In this document: positions 28,984-38,193 of the stretch, in pieces
Layout: each line of letters starts with the position of its first letter
How positions within the stretch are numbered: position 1 is the first letter of the stretch
The notes under the pieces: generated by a model
Seen by the model: the letters and a program-made list of their open reading frames with translations, nothing else
What the model was told of the DNA's origin: nothing
Database searches by the model: none
Translations under genes and position numbers: made by a program
NCBI GenBank assembly: GCA_903848795.1
Contig: CAINHC010000001.1
Location: 14,915-78,914 of the forward strand
Reading direction: 5' to 3'
Length of the DNA: 64,000 nt
DNA from: an uncultured bacterium
GTDB taxonomy: Bacteria > Patescibacteriota > Minisyncoccia > Phycocordibacterales > CAIZLB01

Positions 28984-29220
28984 ATATTTTGGTATTTTAA
29001 AACACCCTTTCGGGCGCCTTTAGTTGTTATTTTAACACAAAGAAGTATATAGTGTAAAATGTCAAAAGTCAATATTTGACATTTAAATCGAATATTGCAT
29101 ACTAGCATATAGTTTTAGTACCATAGACAAATTTACTATACAAATCAGTCCCCCACCATCCTCCCCGAGGTTGGAAAATTGAGAGATTGAGAGTGTAGTC
29201 AATTCCACCAATTTAATAAA

Positions 29221-29454
29221 ATGTTCCAAAAATTTATTTCAAGCCCACAAGAAGTGATCACAGTTATGATTTCAATATCGTTTCTAATTGGATTTATAAA
29301 TTTTTTTGGCTATTGCCATCACAAGAAAATCAACCCAATGACGATGAATATCACCCACTTCCTCAAGATGTTCTTCGGTTTCGTGCTGATGGGACTATTT
29401 GGCCTAGCTATATATTTTACCATGAAGGATGACGAAGAGACCCATCATGGATAG
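29221..29454 (+). CDS. small membrane protein (77 aa, 2 TM), hypothetical
   Basis: Two hydrophobic helices. Followed by strong terminator at 29476-29505 (AACCCCGCCattcGGCGGGGTT + T-run). Confidence 0.4.
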   Translation: MFQKFISSPQEVITVMISISFLIGFINFFGYCHHKKINPMTMNITHFLKMFFGFVLMGLFGLAIYFTMKDDEETHHG

Positions 29455-29475
29455 AACTCAAAAGTGTCTTACACT

Positions 29476-29505
29476 TAACCCCGCCATTCGGCGGGGTTAA
29501 TTTTA
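29476..29505 (+). terminator. rho-independent terminator
   Basis: AACCCCGCCattcGGCGGGGTTaatttt. Confidence 0.65.
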
Positions 29506-29591
29506 TACCAAAACAAAAAAGACCATTCTATTAAGGTCTTTAATGAATTTGTATCATGCAGACGCAGATGTCGAGCTGACACTGAATAAAT

Positions 29592-30554
29592 CTATTTTAT
29601 ACTATAAGTAACACTCACATCAGACGTAATTTTATCTTCCCCAACAGGTAAATTAGCAGACAATGAATCAGCTGCGCCTACCATTTTTTCACTCATCATA
29701 ACGGGGTATGGATATCCACCACCTGCATTTTCAGAAAAAGATGTTACCTTACCCAATTTTACCCCCAGGGCGCTGGCGATATCGACGGCCTGAAGTTTTG
29801 CTTTTTGAATAGCCTGACCCTGAAGAGATTGTTTTATCTTATCCATATTATCTACAAAGCTTGCAAGGTCATTGACAGTAACCCCAGCATTTCCAACCAA
29901 ATTAACTAAAGTACCAGCCAAATCTGGATTTTTACTTATTTCTGTGATTTTTACTTCCATCGATTGATTGGTCTCGTATCCAACAATCTCTGATGTTCTA
30001 TCGACACAGGCAGAAACAGAAGACACAGATGGAGCAACCTGAATAGTTGATACTGAGGTGGGTGCACCAATCATCTTACTTGCAGAAACCGCAGAAGGAG
30101 CTTTAGCAGAAGAAATTAAGGTCGCCACCTTCCCCTTCACAACAGTCGCTTGGGCTGATGAACAAGAAGTAGTTCTCGAACTATATTTTGGATATGTATT
30201 AAAATTTAATGTCTTAATATTTTTATCTAAAACTCCATTTTGTTTTAGGATAACAATAGCAGAATTTATTTTATTTGTCGTAGCATCTTGCGATGACTTA
30301 ATATCCTTTCCAAATTCTGTTACTGATATTGTAAATTTTGTAGTGTCTGGCTTCACGCTAATTTCACTATGACCTGATACAGTGATAGTATTTTGATTTA
30401 TATTCCCACCCCCCTTGTCTTCTGTTGAAATTTTAGATATAGCAAGAATGGTTACTGACAATATGAATAAAATTGAAACGAATTTTAATAATGAATTTAG
30501 TTCTAGGATTTTTTTTGACTCATTAGTATTTTTAATATCTTTTTTGATTACCAT
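29592..30554 (-). CDS. SIMPL domain (DUF541) protein, membrane-anchored
   Basis: ITVSGHSEISVKPD motif typical of SIMPL/BP26 family. N-terminal TM. Start set at MVIKKD (30554) to avoid 52-nt overlap with folD. Confidence 0.55.
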   Translation of the reverse strand: MVIKKDIKNTNESKKILELNSLLKFVSILFILSVTILAISKISTEDKGGGNINQNTITVSGHSEISVKPDTTKFTISVTEFGKDIKSSQDATTNKINSAIVILKQNGVLDKNIKTLNFNTYPKYSSRTTSCSSAQATVVKGKVATLISSAKAPSAVSASKMIGAPTSVSTIQVAPSVSSVSACVDRTSEIVGYETNQSMEVKITEISKNPDLAGTLVNLVGNAGVTVNDLASFVDNMDKIKQSLQGQAIQKAKLQAVDIASALGVKLGKVTSFSENAGGGYPYPVMMSEKMVGAADSLSANLPVGEDKITSDVSVTYSIK

Positions 30555-30561
30555 ACATACA

Positions 30562-31557
30562 TTATAGCAGAGAATCATGAAAAGATTCAAATAAGTTTTC
30601 AAAGAGAGACGCAACTGTCAGTGGACCAACACCACCTGGCACTGGAGTGATAGCTTTCGCAACATTAGAAACATCATCAAACGCAAAATCTCCACATATC
30701 TTTCTAAGATTTTCACTTTCGCCGACTGAAATATCAACAGACGTAATCCCAACATCAATTAAAATTTGATCATAAGATAAAAAACTCTTATCAATAAAGC
30801 CGGGAGCTCCAATTGCTGATATTAAAATGTCCGAGGCTTTAGTTATTTCTTTTAGATTAAAAGTTTTAGAATGACAAATCGTAACGGTTGCATCTTTCGC
30901 CAACATAACAAGAGCAATCGGCTTGCCCACCAAAACAGATCTTCCAATTATGCAAACTCTTTTACCTACAACATCAATATCATATTCATTTAACAAACTC
31001 AAAACCCCCTTGGCCGTTGCTGGAATGAAGCCTTTAAATATAGTTTTTTTAAATTTATCTATTTTTTCATTCAAGAACTCAGATGCATTGAAAGCCTGAA
31101 CTGAAAAAATAGAGGTCTCACTGTCGCCCACAGATTCATCTGCTTTAAAATTTCTTTGAACCAATAGCCCAAGACTCGTACTACTTAATCCATCTACATC
31201 TTTTCTGTAATCAATTGCGTTCGTAATGTTATGAACCAATAGGTGCCTTGGCAGTGGTAGCTGAACAATTATTCCATGTACAGAATCATCATTATTATAG
31301 TTTTGAATCTCCGCAATTAAATCAGATTCACTTACATACTCCGGTAACATAATATGCAAAACTTCTGCACCGATATACTCAGCAAACTTTTTCTTTTGAC
31401 CAATATAAACAGTAGAAGCTTTATTGTCCCCTATTTGAAATATTACGAGCGTTGGAGGAATAAAACTATCCCCCTCTCTTTCTTTTATCTCATTAATACG
31501 AGAACGTAAATTCTCTTTCTTATTATCTCTGATATCTATTCCTCGAAGTAAAATCAT
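30562..31557 (-). CDS. folD: bifunctional methylenetetrahydrofolate dehydrogenase/cyclohydrolase FolD (with ~40-aa internal insertion)
   Basis: …STVYIGQKKKF…GIIVQLPLP…YRKDVDGL…VCIIGRSVLVGKPIALVML…GITPVPGGVGPLTVA conserved FolD blocks. 331 aa versus ~285 typical. Confidence 0.85.
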   Translation of the reverse strand: MILLRGIDIRDNKKENLRSRINEIKEREGDSFIPPTLVIFQIGDNKASTVYIGQKKKFAEYIGAEVLHIMLPEYVSESDLIAEIQNYNNDDSVHGIIVQLPLPRHLLVHNITNAIDYRKDVDGLSSTSLGLLVQRNFKADESVGDSETSIFSVQAFNASEFLNEKIDKFKKTIFKGFIPATAKGVLSLLNEYDIDVVGKRVCIIGRSVLVGKPIALVMLAKDATVTICHSKTFNLKEITKASDILISAIGAPGFIDKSFLSYDQILIDVGITSVDISVGESENLRKICGDFAFDDVSNVAKAITPVPGGVGPLTVASLFENLFESFHDSLL

Positions 31558-31596
31558 TTTGTTGAATTTGAAATTTGAAATATCTATTAAAAATAC

Positions 31597-32328
31597 CTAT
31601 TTAATTTGAAACGAAGCCTTGACTGTAACCATCACATCTTTGTCGATAGTTGAAGTATCATAAGATCCATAATCAGACACATCATTAGAACCAGAAGTCA
31701 TAACCTGAACAACACCCGCTCCTGCTGATTTTATTTTTCCAACCGAGCTTCCTGCCGGTTTAACAATTGCATCAGCTCTTGCTTTAGCGTCCTTAAGTGC
31801 TTCTGGTAATAAACTAACCTTAATGTCCTGCAGACCGGAGAAATAATATTCAGGATTTTGTGGAGAAACAACAACACCAGCAAAAATCAAATCTTTTATA
31901 TTCTTAGACATAGTATCAACCAACTTAACATCACTCGATGAAATACTAATTGTCTGACTAAGATTGTACTTTTTTACTGATGAACTTGGATTGCTTTCGT
32001 AAACTTCATTCATAAGAACTGGAGTAATTTTCAAATCAGCTTCATTGAAACCATTTTTAACAAAAAAAGCTTTAACTATTTTCAAATCGCTATCCATTTG
32101 GGTATACCCGTCCTTTACTGTATCAAGCGTCACCGGTCTCATAAAATTAATTGACCACTTAGCTTGATCTGCAATAACGCTCTTTCTGGCGGACCCAGTC
32201 ACTGAAACCGAATCATCCATCGCCTTTATACTATAAAAAGCATAGGCACCGATAATGGCCGATAAAAGTATTGCAACACCAATTACAAAACTTGATTTAA
32301 ACATTTGAGATTTATTTTCTGTATTCAT
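31597..32328 (-). CDS. SIMPL domain (DUF541) protein, second paralog
   Basis: SVSVTGSARKSV SIMPL motif. N-terminal TM. 243 aa. Confidence 0.55.
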   Translation of the reverse strand: MNTENKSQMFKSSFVIGVAILLSAIIGAYAFYSIKAMDDSVSVTGSARKSVIADQAKWSINFMRPVTLDTVKDGYTQMDSDLKIVKAFFVKNGFNEADLKITPVLMNEVYESNPSSSVKKYNLSQTISISSSDVKLVDTMSKNIKDLIFAGVVVSPQNPEYYFSGLQDIKVSLLPEALKDAKARADAIVKPAGSSVGKIKSAGAGVVQVMTSGSNDVSDYGSYDTSTIDKDVMVTVKASFQIK

Positions 32329-32410
32329 ATCTAAAGTCTATAACACAAAGGTATATAATACAATGAAGAGCGCGCAATACGAAATACCGCAAGACATGTC
32401 GAGTTTAGAC

Positions 32411-33211
32411 CTATAATCCAAAGGCAGACAGCAGAATCAAAAACAAGACACCGACGATAATTCTATAATAGGCAAATCCAATAAAATTATGCTTCTGGAT
32501 GTAACTTATAAATCCCTTGATTGCCAAAATAGCAACAATGAAAGCTGTAATGAAACCTGTTGCCAATAGAACAATCTCATTGTGACCAATTTCCCCTACC
32601 CCCTTATACAAATCCAAAAAAGATGCAGCTAGCATTGTTGGTATAGCAAGAAGGAAAGAAAATTCTACGATGTCCGAACGAGAGACTCCAGAGATTTGTC
32701 CTCCAATGATTGTTGCAGCAGATCTTGAAACCCCAGGAACCATAGCAATCGCTTGGTAAAAACCAACCTTAACAGCTTGCGTGTAGCCAACATTTAAGTC
32801 ACCATTCAGACCATGCTGAATATTTAATCTGGACTGATACTTTGCATTGCGTTTCTCAAACCAAATTATCAAGATACCACCGACTATTGATGAGATGGAG
32901 ACTACCCAAGAACTACCGAGCAAATACTTCTTGACTACACCATGTAGTGCCAAACCGAGAATTGCTGTAGGGATAAACGCGACAATCACCTTTTTTATTG
33001 TATCTTTAGAGGTTATCAATCTTTTAAAATATAAGACAACAACGGAGAGTATTGCACCAAGCTGAATAAATATTTCAAAGGTCTTCAAAAAATCTGTCTC
33101 TTGTAACCCCAATAACTTGGAAGCTAATATCATATGACCAGTGGAGGATATCGGTAAAAACTCTGTAACACCTTCAATTATACCTAAAATTATTGCGTGG
33201 ATTATATTCAT
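32411..33211 (-). CDS. uppP: undecaprenyl-diphosphatase UppP/BacA
   Basis: GVTEFLPISSTGHMIL N-terminal motif. 8 TM. 266 aa. Confidence 0.9.
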   Translation of the reverse strand: MNIIHAIILGIIEGVTEFLPISSTGHMILASKLLGLQETDFLKTFEIFIQLGAILSVVVLYFKRLITSKDTIKKVIVAFIPTAILGLALHGVVKKYLLGSSWVVSISSIVGGILIIWFEKRNAKYQSRLNIQHGLNGDLNVGYTQAVKVGFYQAIAMVPGVSRSAATIIGGQISGVSRSDIVEFSFLLAIPTMLAASFLDLYKGVGEIGHNEIVLLATGFITAFIVAILAIKGFISYIQKHNFIGFAYYRIIVGVLFLILLSAFGL

Positions 33212-33228
33212 AGAGACATTGTATCATC

Positions 33229-33335
33229 AGGTGGGCGATTCTCAAAAATCCCCCACTGAAAGAGAATGCTGGCGATTCTGCTGAATCGTAACCAAAATTA
33301 TTATTTGGGTGATTACCCAAAATATTCGTGATAAA
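33229..33335. repeat. intergenic block of palindromic repeats homologous to 23267-23343
   Basis: gggCGATTCTCAAAAATC …tgGCGATTCTGCTGAATCG… GGGTGATTACCCAAAAT, same order of three units as upstream of mntA. Confidence 0.6.
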
Positions 33336-33908
33336 TTAATCATTATTTAACTCCCTCTTTTTAAAGAAGTTCTCAAATATGAAAACGGAAATGGATGAAA
33401 TTAGTAATCCAAGAACAATACCCACTATTACATCGCTCAAATAATGAACAGATAAATATACCCTACTAAACGCAATGGTAAGTGCCAACAGTGAAAGAAT
33501 TATAATAAACAACATTCTTAAAAAAATATTTCTAATGTGATCCTTGTACGCAAATATTAGCAATGAACAAAATAGGGTTGCGATAGCTGCATGGCCACTT
33601 GGAAATGAATACCCATCAACCTGAACAATTGCTTCAAGTGGACGTGTCCGAGCGATTAAAACTTTCATAATATATACGGTTAAGGCGCCAACTCCCAGGG
33701 TTATAAAAAACTGTAGCAAATAATACGGTTTCTTATACAACCAAAACAACATAGCGGTTGCAATCGTCAATAGTAAAAATGATTGAGGACTTCCCACACT
33801 ACTCACAAATAAAGCCACTTTAACACCAAACGGGGTTATAAAAGATGGCATCCAGCCTATAACATTCAAATCAATTTTATGAGCCAGTAGAAGAAAAAAA
33901 GAATTCAT
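33336..33908 (-). CDS. PAP2 family phosphatase (PgpB-like)
   Basis: PAP2 motifs KxxxxxxRP (KVLIARTRP), SFPSGH, SRVYLSVHYLSD. Multi-TM. Confidence 0.75.
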   Translation of the reverse strand: MNSFFLLLAHKIDLNVIGWMPSFITPFGVKVALFVSSVGSPQSFLLLTIATAMLFWLYKKPYYLLQFFITLGVGALTVYIMKVLIARTRPLEAIVQVDGYSFPSGHAAIATLFCSLLIFAYKDHIRNIFLRMLFIIILSLLALTIAFSRVYLSVHYLSDVIVGIVLGLLISSISVFIFENFFKKRELNND

Positions 33909-33924
33909 ATATTGTTTTATAATA

Positions 33925-34296
33925 TTAAATAAAATGTTTAAATATAATTATCGCCCCCACAGCTACAGCCGAGATAGATGCTAGCAGGACAGAGCCAGCT
34001 ATTGTGTCTTTTATTATACCGACAACAGGATGATGATTCGGTTCCAATTTATCCCAAGTATATTCAATGGCGCTATTTACCATTTCAGCCACCAGCACTA
34101 TTGATATCACAATTATCAGAAGTGCAAAATCAATCCAACTAAAATCTAGATAAAAAGCTGTAAATAAAACAAAGATAGAAATTATAATGTGTAACCTAAA
34201 ATTTCTCTCATTCCTAAGAACATATCTAAGACCTTTTACAGCACAGCCAAACGAATTGAAAAATGGATTTATTTTTTTGTTAGCAAAATTTGTCAT
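33925..34296 (-). CDS. dgkA: diacylglycerol/undecaprenol kinase DgkA
   Basis: 123 aa, 3 TM. EMVNSAIE and C-terminal conserved segments of prokaryotic DAGK. Confidence 0.8.
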   Translation of the reverse strand: MTNFANKKINPFFNSFGCAVKGLRYVLRNERNFRLHIIISIFVLFTAFYLDFSWIDFALLIIVISIVLVAEMVNSAIEYTWDKLEPNHHPVVGIIKDTIAGSVLLASISAVAVGAIIIFKHFI

Positions 34297-34371
34297 ACTT
34301 ATAGTATACTACCTAAATAAACTAAGATGATTTTAGATATCCCCAAATTCAATAAAATTAAGAATCGCACA

Positions 34372-35541
34372 ATGAAATTAGGATTTTTAATAGCCCTAAT
34401 ATCAATAACGACTTCCGCGACAACCGCGACAACCTTAATTGTCCCGACGTCCCCTTTGCACCATTTTTTATCCTCTTTTTTAACAATTAAGCACGCAGGC
34501 GCTACAACCTCACCCTACTCACCTTTCATAGATATACTAAACGCCAGCAGTACCACAAACTATAATTCGCTAAATAACAGCTCGTCTTCAATTATTCAGA
34601 TCAATGCTGTGAAAGTTTGGCAGGAAAACGGAGATTTCACGCGAACACTCAAGAAAGGATCTAAAGGCAATGATGTGTTAGTGCTTCAGATTATTCTCAA
34701 ATCACTAACTAATGACAAAACTAAAAATTCAGCCAATGGATATTTTGGACCAATGACCTACAATAATTTACAGACAGTTCAAGCCAAACTAAATCTTCCC
34801 ATAACAGGCATACTTGACCAAGCCACAAGACTAGCAATTAACGATCTAATGTTTAGAGAGCTTTGTCCAACTGCAATTAGGGTTATAGGCCAGGACAACA
34901 TGGTTGAGAGTGATTTTGACAAAGTATTTGAAAATCTTAATCGATCAAAATCTATTCCACTCAATTATATTCCCCATGATTTGGTAAGAGTTCCAAATTC
35001 AATCAAAACAATTGGCATAATGTGTGTATCAGACAGAATTATTCGACATCTTCAAGAAATGATTTCTGATGCAAAAAAACAAAAACTAGATATTGCCATA
35101 ACATCTTCTTATAGAAGTGCTGATATGCAAAAGTTTTTATACTCGATGTGGATTAATCAAAGTGGCGCTGCAGCCAAAGCTGGAATCGCAGAAGCAGGTC
35201 ACTCTGAGCATCAACTCGGAACAACAATAGACGTCTCAGGAAAAAGTATAGGCAATGCTGGTGTCAGCCCAAGTTTTGCGAATAGTAAAGAAGGAAAATG
35301 GATGGCTCAGAATAGTTATAAATATGGTTTTATTATGAGTTACCCAGACAAAAAGCAAAAGGAGACTGGTTATATTTATGAACCGTGGCACTTTAGATAC
35401 ATTGGTGTAGATAACGCAAACGACATTTTTACAGAAAAAATAACCATTCAAGACTTTTTGAATTTTTCAGAGGCCACCACGAGTACGACATCAAGCACAT
35501 TAACAAGTGCAACATCGACCATGGCGACATCAACAAAATAA
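34372..35541 (+). CDS. secreted D-Ala-D-Ala carboxypeptidase (VanY/peptidase M15B) with peptidoglycan-binding domain
   Basis: Signal/TM, PG_binding_1 (LKKGSKGNDVLVLQIILKSL…ITGILDQATRLAIN), M15 motifs SSYRS, AGHSEHQLGTTIDV, EPWHFRYIG. Start moved to MKLGF. Confidence 0.75.
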   Translation: MKLGFLIALISITTSATTATTLIVPTSPLHHFLSSFLTIKHAGATTSPYSPFIDILNASSTTNYNSLNNSSSSIIQINAVKVWQENGDFTRTLKKGSKGNDVLVLQIILKSLTNDKTKNSANGYFGPMTYNNLQTVQAKLNLPITGILDQATRLAINDLMFRELCPTAIRVIGQDNMVESDFDKVFENLNRSKSIPLNYIPHDLVRVPNSIKTIGIMCVSDRIIRHLQEMISDAKKQKLDIAITSSYRSADMQKFLYSMWINQSGAAAKAGIAEAGHSEHQLGTTIDVSGKSIGNAGVSPSFANSKEGKWMAQNSYKYGFIMSYPDKKQKETGYIYEPWHFRYIGVDNANDIFTEKITIQDFLNFSEATTSTTSSTLTSATSTMATSTK

Positions 35542-35560
35542 TATTTATGTAAGTTGTGAA

Positions 35561-36124
35561 TTATTTTAGAGAAAAGCAGTGAGTGTTGGAGGATGGAGTA
35601 ATGACAGTCACAAATTCGTCAGATGAACTTTCATAGGTAGGCCAATCACTGAAATTAGAGCCCCAAAAATAGTCTGAAATCACAATTATATATTTTGGGA
35701 TTCGAATATCTCCTGTACATCTAAATTTTTGTGCGCCAAGAACATCTGTATTCACAAAAAAGATCCACGCTTCATTATCATCTTTCCCCCTTGGATTAGG
35801 TAATATTTTCATGTATTTTGACATCAATGCCGGTAACCCAGACCCTATAGTTTCAATAGGCGTTTTCTGTGGGTTGTTGAATGCCTGATAAGCATATCTT
35901 TGCGATAATGTAGACTCAAACGGATATTTACCATTATCATTTTTATACATCTCTAAAGCATTAACAAATTGCATAATTTCTGATCTGAAGGCTTTTTCAT
36001 TAGCTTTATTTCTAGCAGTACTTACACCAGCCATAACAATACTAGAAAGAAGTGAGATTATCGACAAAACAACCAAAAGCTCAATCAATGTAAATCCTTT
36101 TTTTGTCTTTTTGTCTTTTTTCAT
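35561..36124 (-). CDS. type IV pilin / pseudopilin (prepilin-type N-terminal cleavage/methylation domain)
   Basis: KGFTLIELLVVLSIISLLSSIV class III signal. Start set at MKKDKK. Confidence 0.65.
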   Translation of the reverse strand: MKKDKKTKKGFTLIELLVVLSIISLLSSIVMAGVSTARNKANEKAFRSEIMQFVNALEMYKNDNGKYPFESTLSQRYAYQAFNNPQKTPIETIGSGLPALMSKYMKILPNPRGKDDNEAWIFFVNTDVLGAQKFRCTGDIRIPKYIIVISDYFWGSNFSDWPTYESSSDEFVTVITPSSNTHCFSLK

Positions 36125-36248
36125 ATAGAAATCTAGGGTATGTGTCTGCATCTTGTTGCATAATTCTATTTTACCCTTCTTTTATTATTCCGTATTTTTA
36201 TAAATTATATACAATTCAGTATATCACAGCATCACTAATAAAATTTAT

Positions 36249-36962
36249 CTATCTGATCTCCTTCCATTCCTCGTCAGATTGCTTAAAGAAAAAAACCATA
36301 ACGGTATTAGAAATCCATTGCCATAAAAGCTTGGGCCATCCAATCTTGTGCGCCCTTCTCCCAGTATGATATACCTTCAATTCAAGCGGTAATTTTGTTC
36401 TACCAATTTTTGCAAGGCGCCAAAACAAATCCATATCCTCACTAACCGTTATTCTTTCATCAAAACCATTAACCGCCAAAAAAGCTTCCCTCTTAATCAT
36501 CTGAAACTCGCCTCCCGCAGCTCCAAACCTGATAAAGTTCAAAAAGGAAAAATAATATGCAACAATTTTAAAGATGATAATATCATAGACATTAGCCATA
36601 TCTTTCAAAACAACACATTCCGCTGTAACCGCAACAAGTTTTTTATCCCTATCAAAATATTTCTCAGCTCGTTTTATAAGATCGTTTATGTCTGGAATAA
36701 TCACGTCGGCATCAACAAATATAACGTACTCCCCCGTCGCTAGTTTAGCCCCATCATTTCTCGCCTGAGAAATTTTTTGTTTCTTCTCTTCATTGTAAAC
36801 AACAATTTTATTCGTATATTTCTTAACAATCTCGATAGTTCTATCCCTACTCCTGCCGTCTGAAATTATAATTTCCTTTTCTCCAGAGAAAGCATTCAAG
36901 GATTTCAATGTGTCCTCAATGGTCTTTTCCTCATTTAATGCTGGGATTACAAAAGAAATCAT
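36249..36962 (-). CDS. family 2 glycosyltransferase
   Basis: ISFVIPALNEE…DGRSRDRT…FVDADV (DxD) GT-A fold motifs. Confidence 0.8.
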   Translation of the reverse strand: MISFVIPALNEEKTIEDTLKSLNAFSGEKEIIISDGRSRDRTIEIVKKYTNKIVVYNEEKKQKISQARNDGAKLATGEYVIFVDADVIIPDINDLIKRAEKYFDRDKKLVAVTAECVVLKDMANVYDIIIFKIVAYYFSFLNFIRFGAAGGEFQMIKREAFLAVNGFDERITVSEDMDLFWRLAKIGRTKLPLELKVYHTGRRAHKIGWPKLLWQWISNTVMVFFFKQSDEEWKEIR

Positions 36963-37039
36963 GTTTATTTTTATATTTTATACTAATTATTCAAACAATT
37001 ATTGGTTTGCAGACTGTCTACAGTTTGTCCATATTAATT

Positions 37040-37648
37040 CTAATATTCCAATTCCTTAGATTTTTTTGCAACATACCTAGAGAAGAAATAAATTGAAGAT
37101 ATAACCACAACAGCCAATATGATCAAAAATAGATCTTTTAAATTATCTGAAATTCCTAAATACAATTCTCCAAAGAAATATCCAATGGAAAGCAATATTG
37201 AAACAAGGAAAAACTCACCGACAAAGTTTATAAGCATATACCTTTTGAAAGAAACCCTTGTCATACCAGCAACTGTCAAAACTCCAACGGCAAAGCCAAG
37301 TCCAAGAGTTAATTTAGAAAAAATCAATATTCTCTCATGATATTTTGAAAATAACCCCTTAATTTTTTCAAATCTTTCTGGAGTTATTCCAATAAACTTA
37401 CCTTGTTTTTTCAGAATAGGGTCTGCAAAATATCTACCCACGACATACCAAAACACATCGCCAACTAAGTCCCCTATAAGAATCGCTATAAAAAGTGGAG
37501 TTAATTCAAAAAAACCAGTTCTGTATAAAAGACCTGAGGCAACCATTAGAACTGGGCCTTCAAAAATTACTCCAACACCAATGAGAGGATATCTAAAGTA
37601 AGAAGCAAAACCTAATAAACCGGTTAAAAATGACATTGTCTGAATCAT
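37040..37648 (-). CDS. DedA/SNARE-associated (VTT domain) membrane protein
   Basis: ILIGDLVGDVFWYVVGRYF motif typical of DedA. Confidence 0.7.
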   Translation of the reverse strand: MIQTMSFLTGLLGFASYFRYPLIGVGVIFEGPVLMVASGLLYRTGFFELTPLFIAILIGDLVGDVFWYVVGRYFADPILKKQGKFIGITPERFEKIKGLFSKYHERILIFSKLTLGLGFAVGVLTVAGMTRVSFKRYMLINFVGEFFLVSILLSIGYFFGELYLGISDNLKDLFLIILAVVVISSIYFFSRYVAKKSKELEY

Positions 37649-37682
37649 TGTACTATTGTACTACATTTTAGATTTAAAATAT

Positions 37683-37946
37683 CTAGTACTTTCCACACTT
37701 TTTATCATTCTTAATTAATTCTAGTTTTTGCTCTTTTTTCCACCTTTTAATTTCCGCCTCCCTACCTCGAGCTTCATTTAGGGTCTGGAAGGTTTCCGAA
37801 TATTTCAAAAATACTGGGCGTCTAATTTTTGTGTAATGCGCGCCGGATTTTAGGTTATTATGTTGATTGAGTCTTTTTTCAAGGTCATTAGTGCAACCGA
37901 CATACAGGGTCTTATCAGCACATTCGAGGATGTAGACGGTGAACAT
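37683..37946 (-). CDS. GIY-YIG nuclease family protein (UPF0213-like)
   Basis: FTVYILECADKTLYVGCTNDLEKRLNQHN GIY-YIG motif. 87 aa. Confidence 0.75.
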   Translation of the reverse strand: MFTVYILECADKTLYVGCTNDLEKRLNQHNNLKSGAHYTKIRRPVFLKYSETFQTLNEARGREAEIKRWKKEQKLELIKNDKKCGKY

Positions 37947-37948
37947 TG

Positions 37949-38023
37949 TGGGGTGCCTAGAGAGAATCGGACTCTCGATACCGGTTCCACAAACCGGAGT
38001 TTTACCACTAAACTATAGGCACC
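37949..38023 (-). tRNA. tRNA-His (GTG) with genome-encoded G-1 and CCA
   Basis: Folded by eye. G-1 pairs discriminator C73, acceptor GTGCCTA/TAGGCAC, anticodon arm CCGGT-TTGTGGA-ACCGG, T-arm GAGAG-TCCGATT-CTCTC. 3' CCA encoded (tgg on + strand). Confidence 0.8.
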
Positions 38024-38193
38024 ATGTATTTGGCGTCACTGAGCATTTACAATACCCACTGACGCCAACTATATATATCATAAATATTGTCTTTTGACGA
38101 GTTTTTTATCCAGCTTTTATCCGCCGTAGTTTTATCCGCCGTAGCCCTATCTCCACACCAAAACCGCATAAAACACAAAAGCCACGCTGACGA

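Noticed and set aside
29000-29220. Expected rpmG (L33) or tRNA-Trp upstream of secE
   Set aside because: No tRNA-like cloverleaf or L33 zinc-ribbon ORF could be found. The region only contains AT-rich promoter-like sequence with a GTCAA-TAT-TTGAC palindrome.
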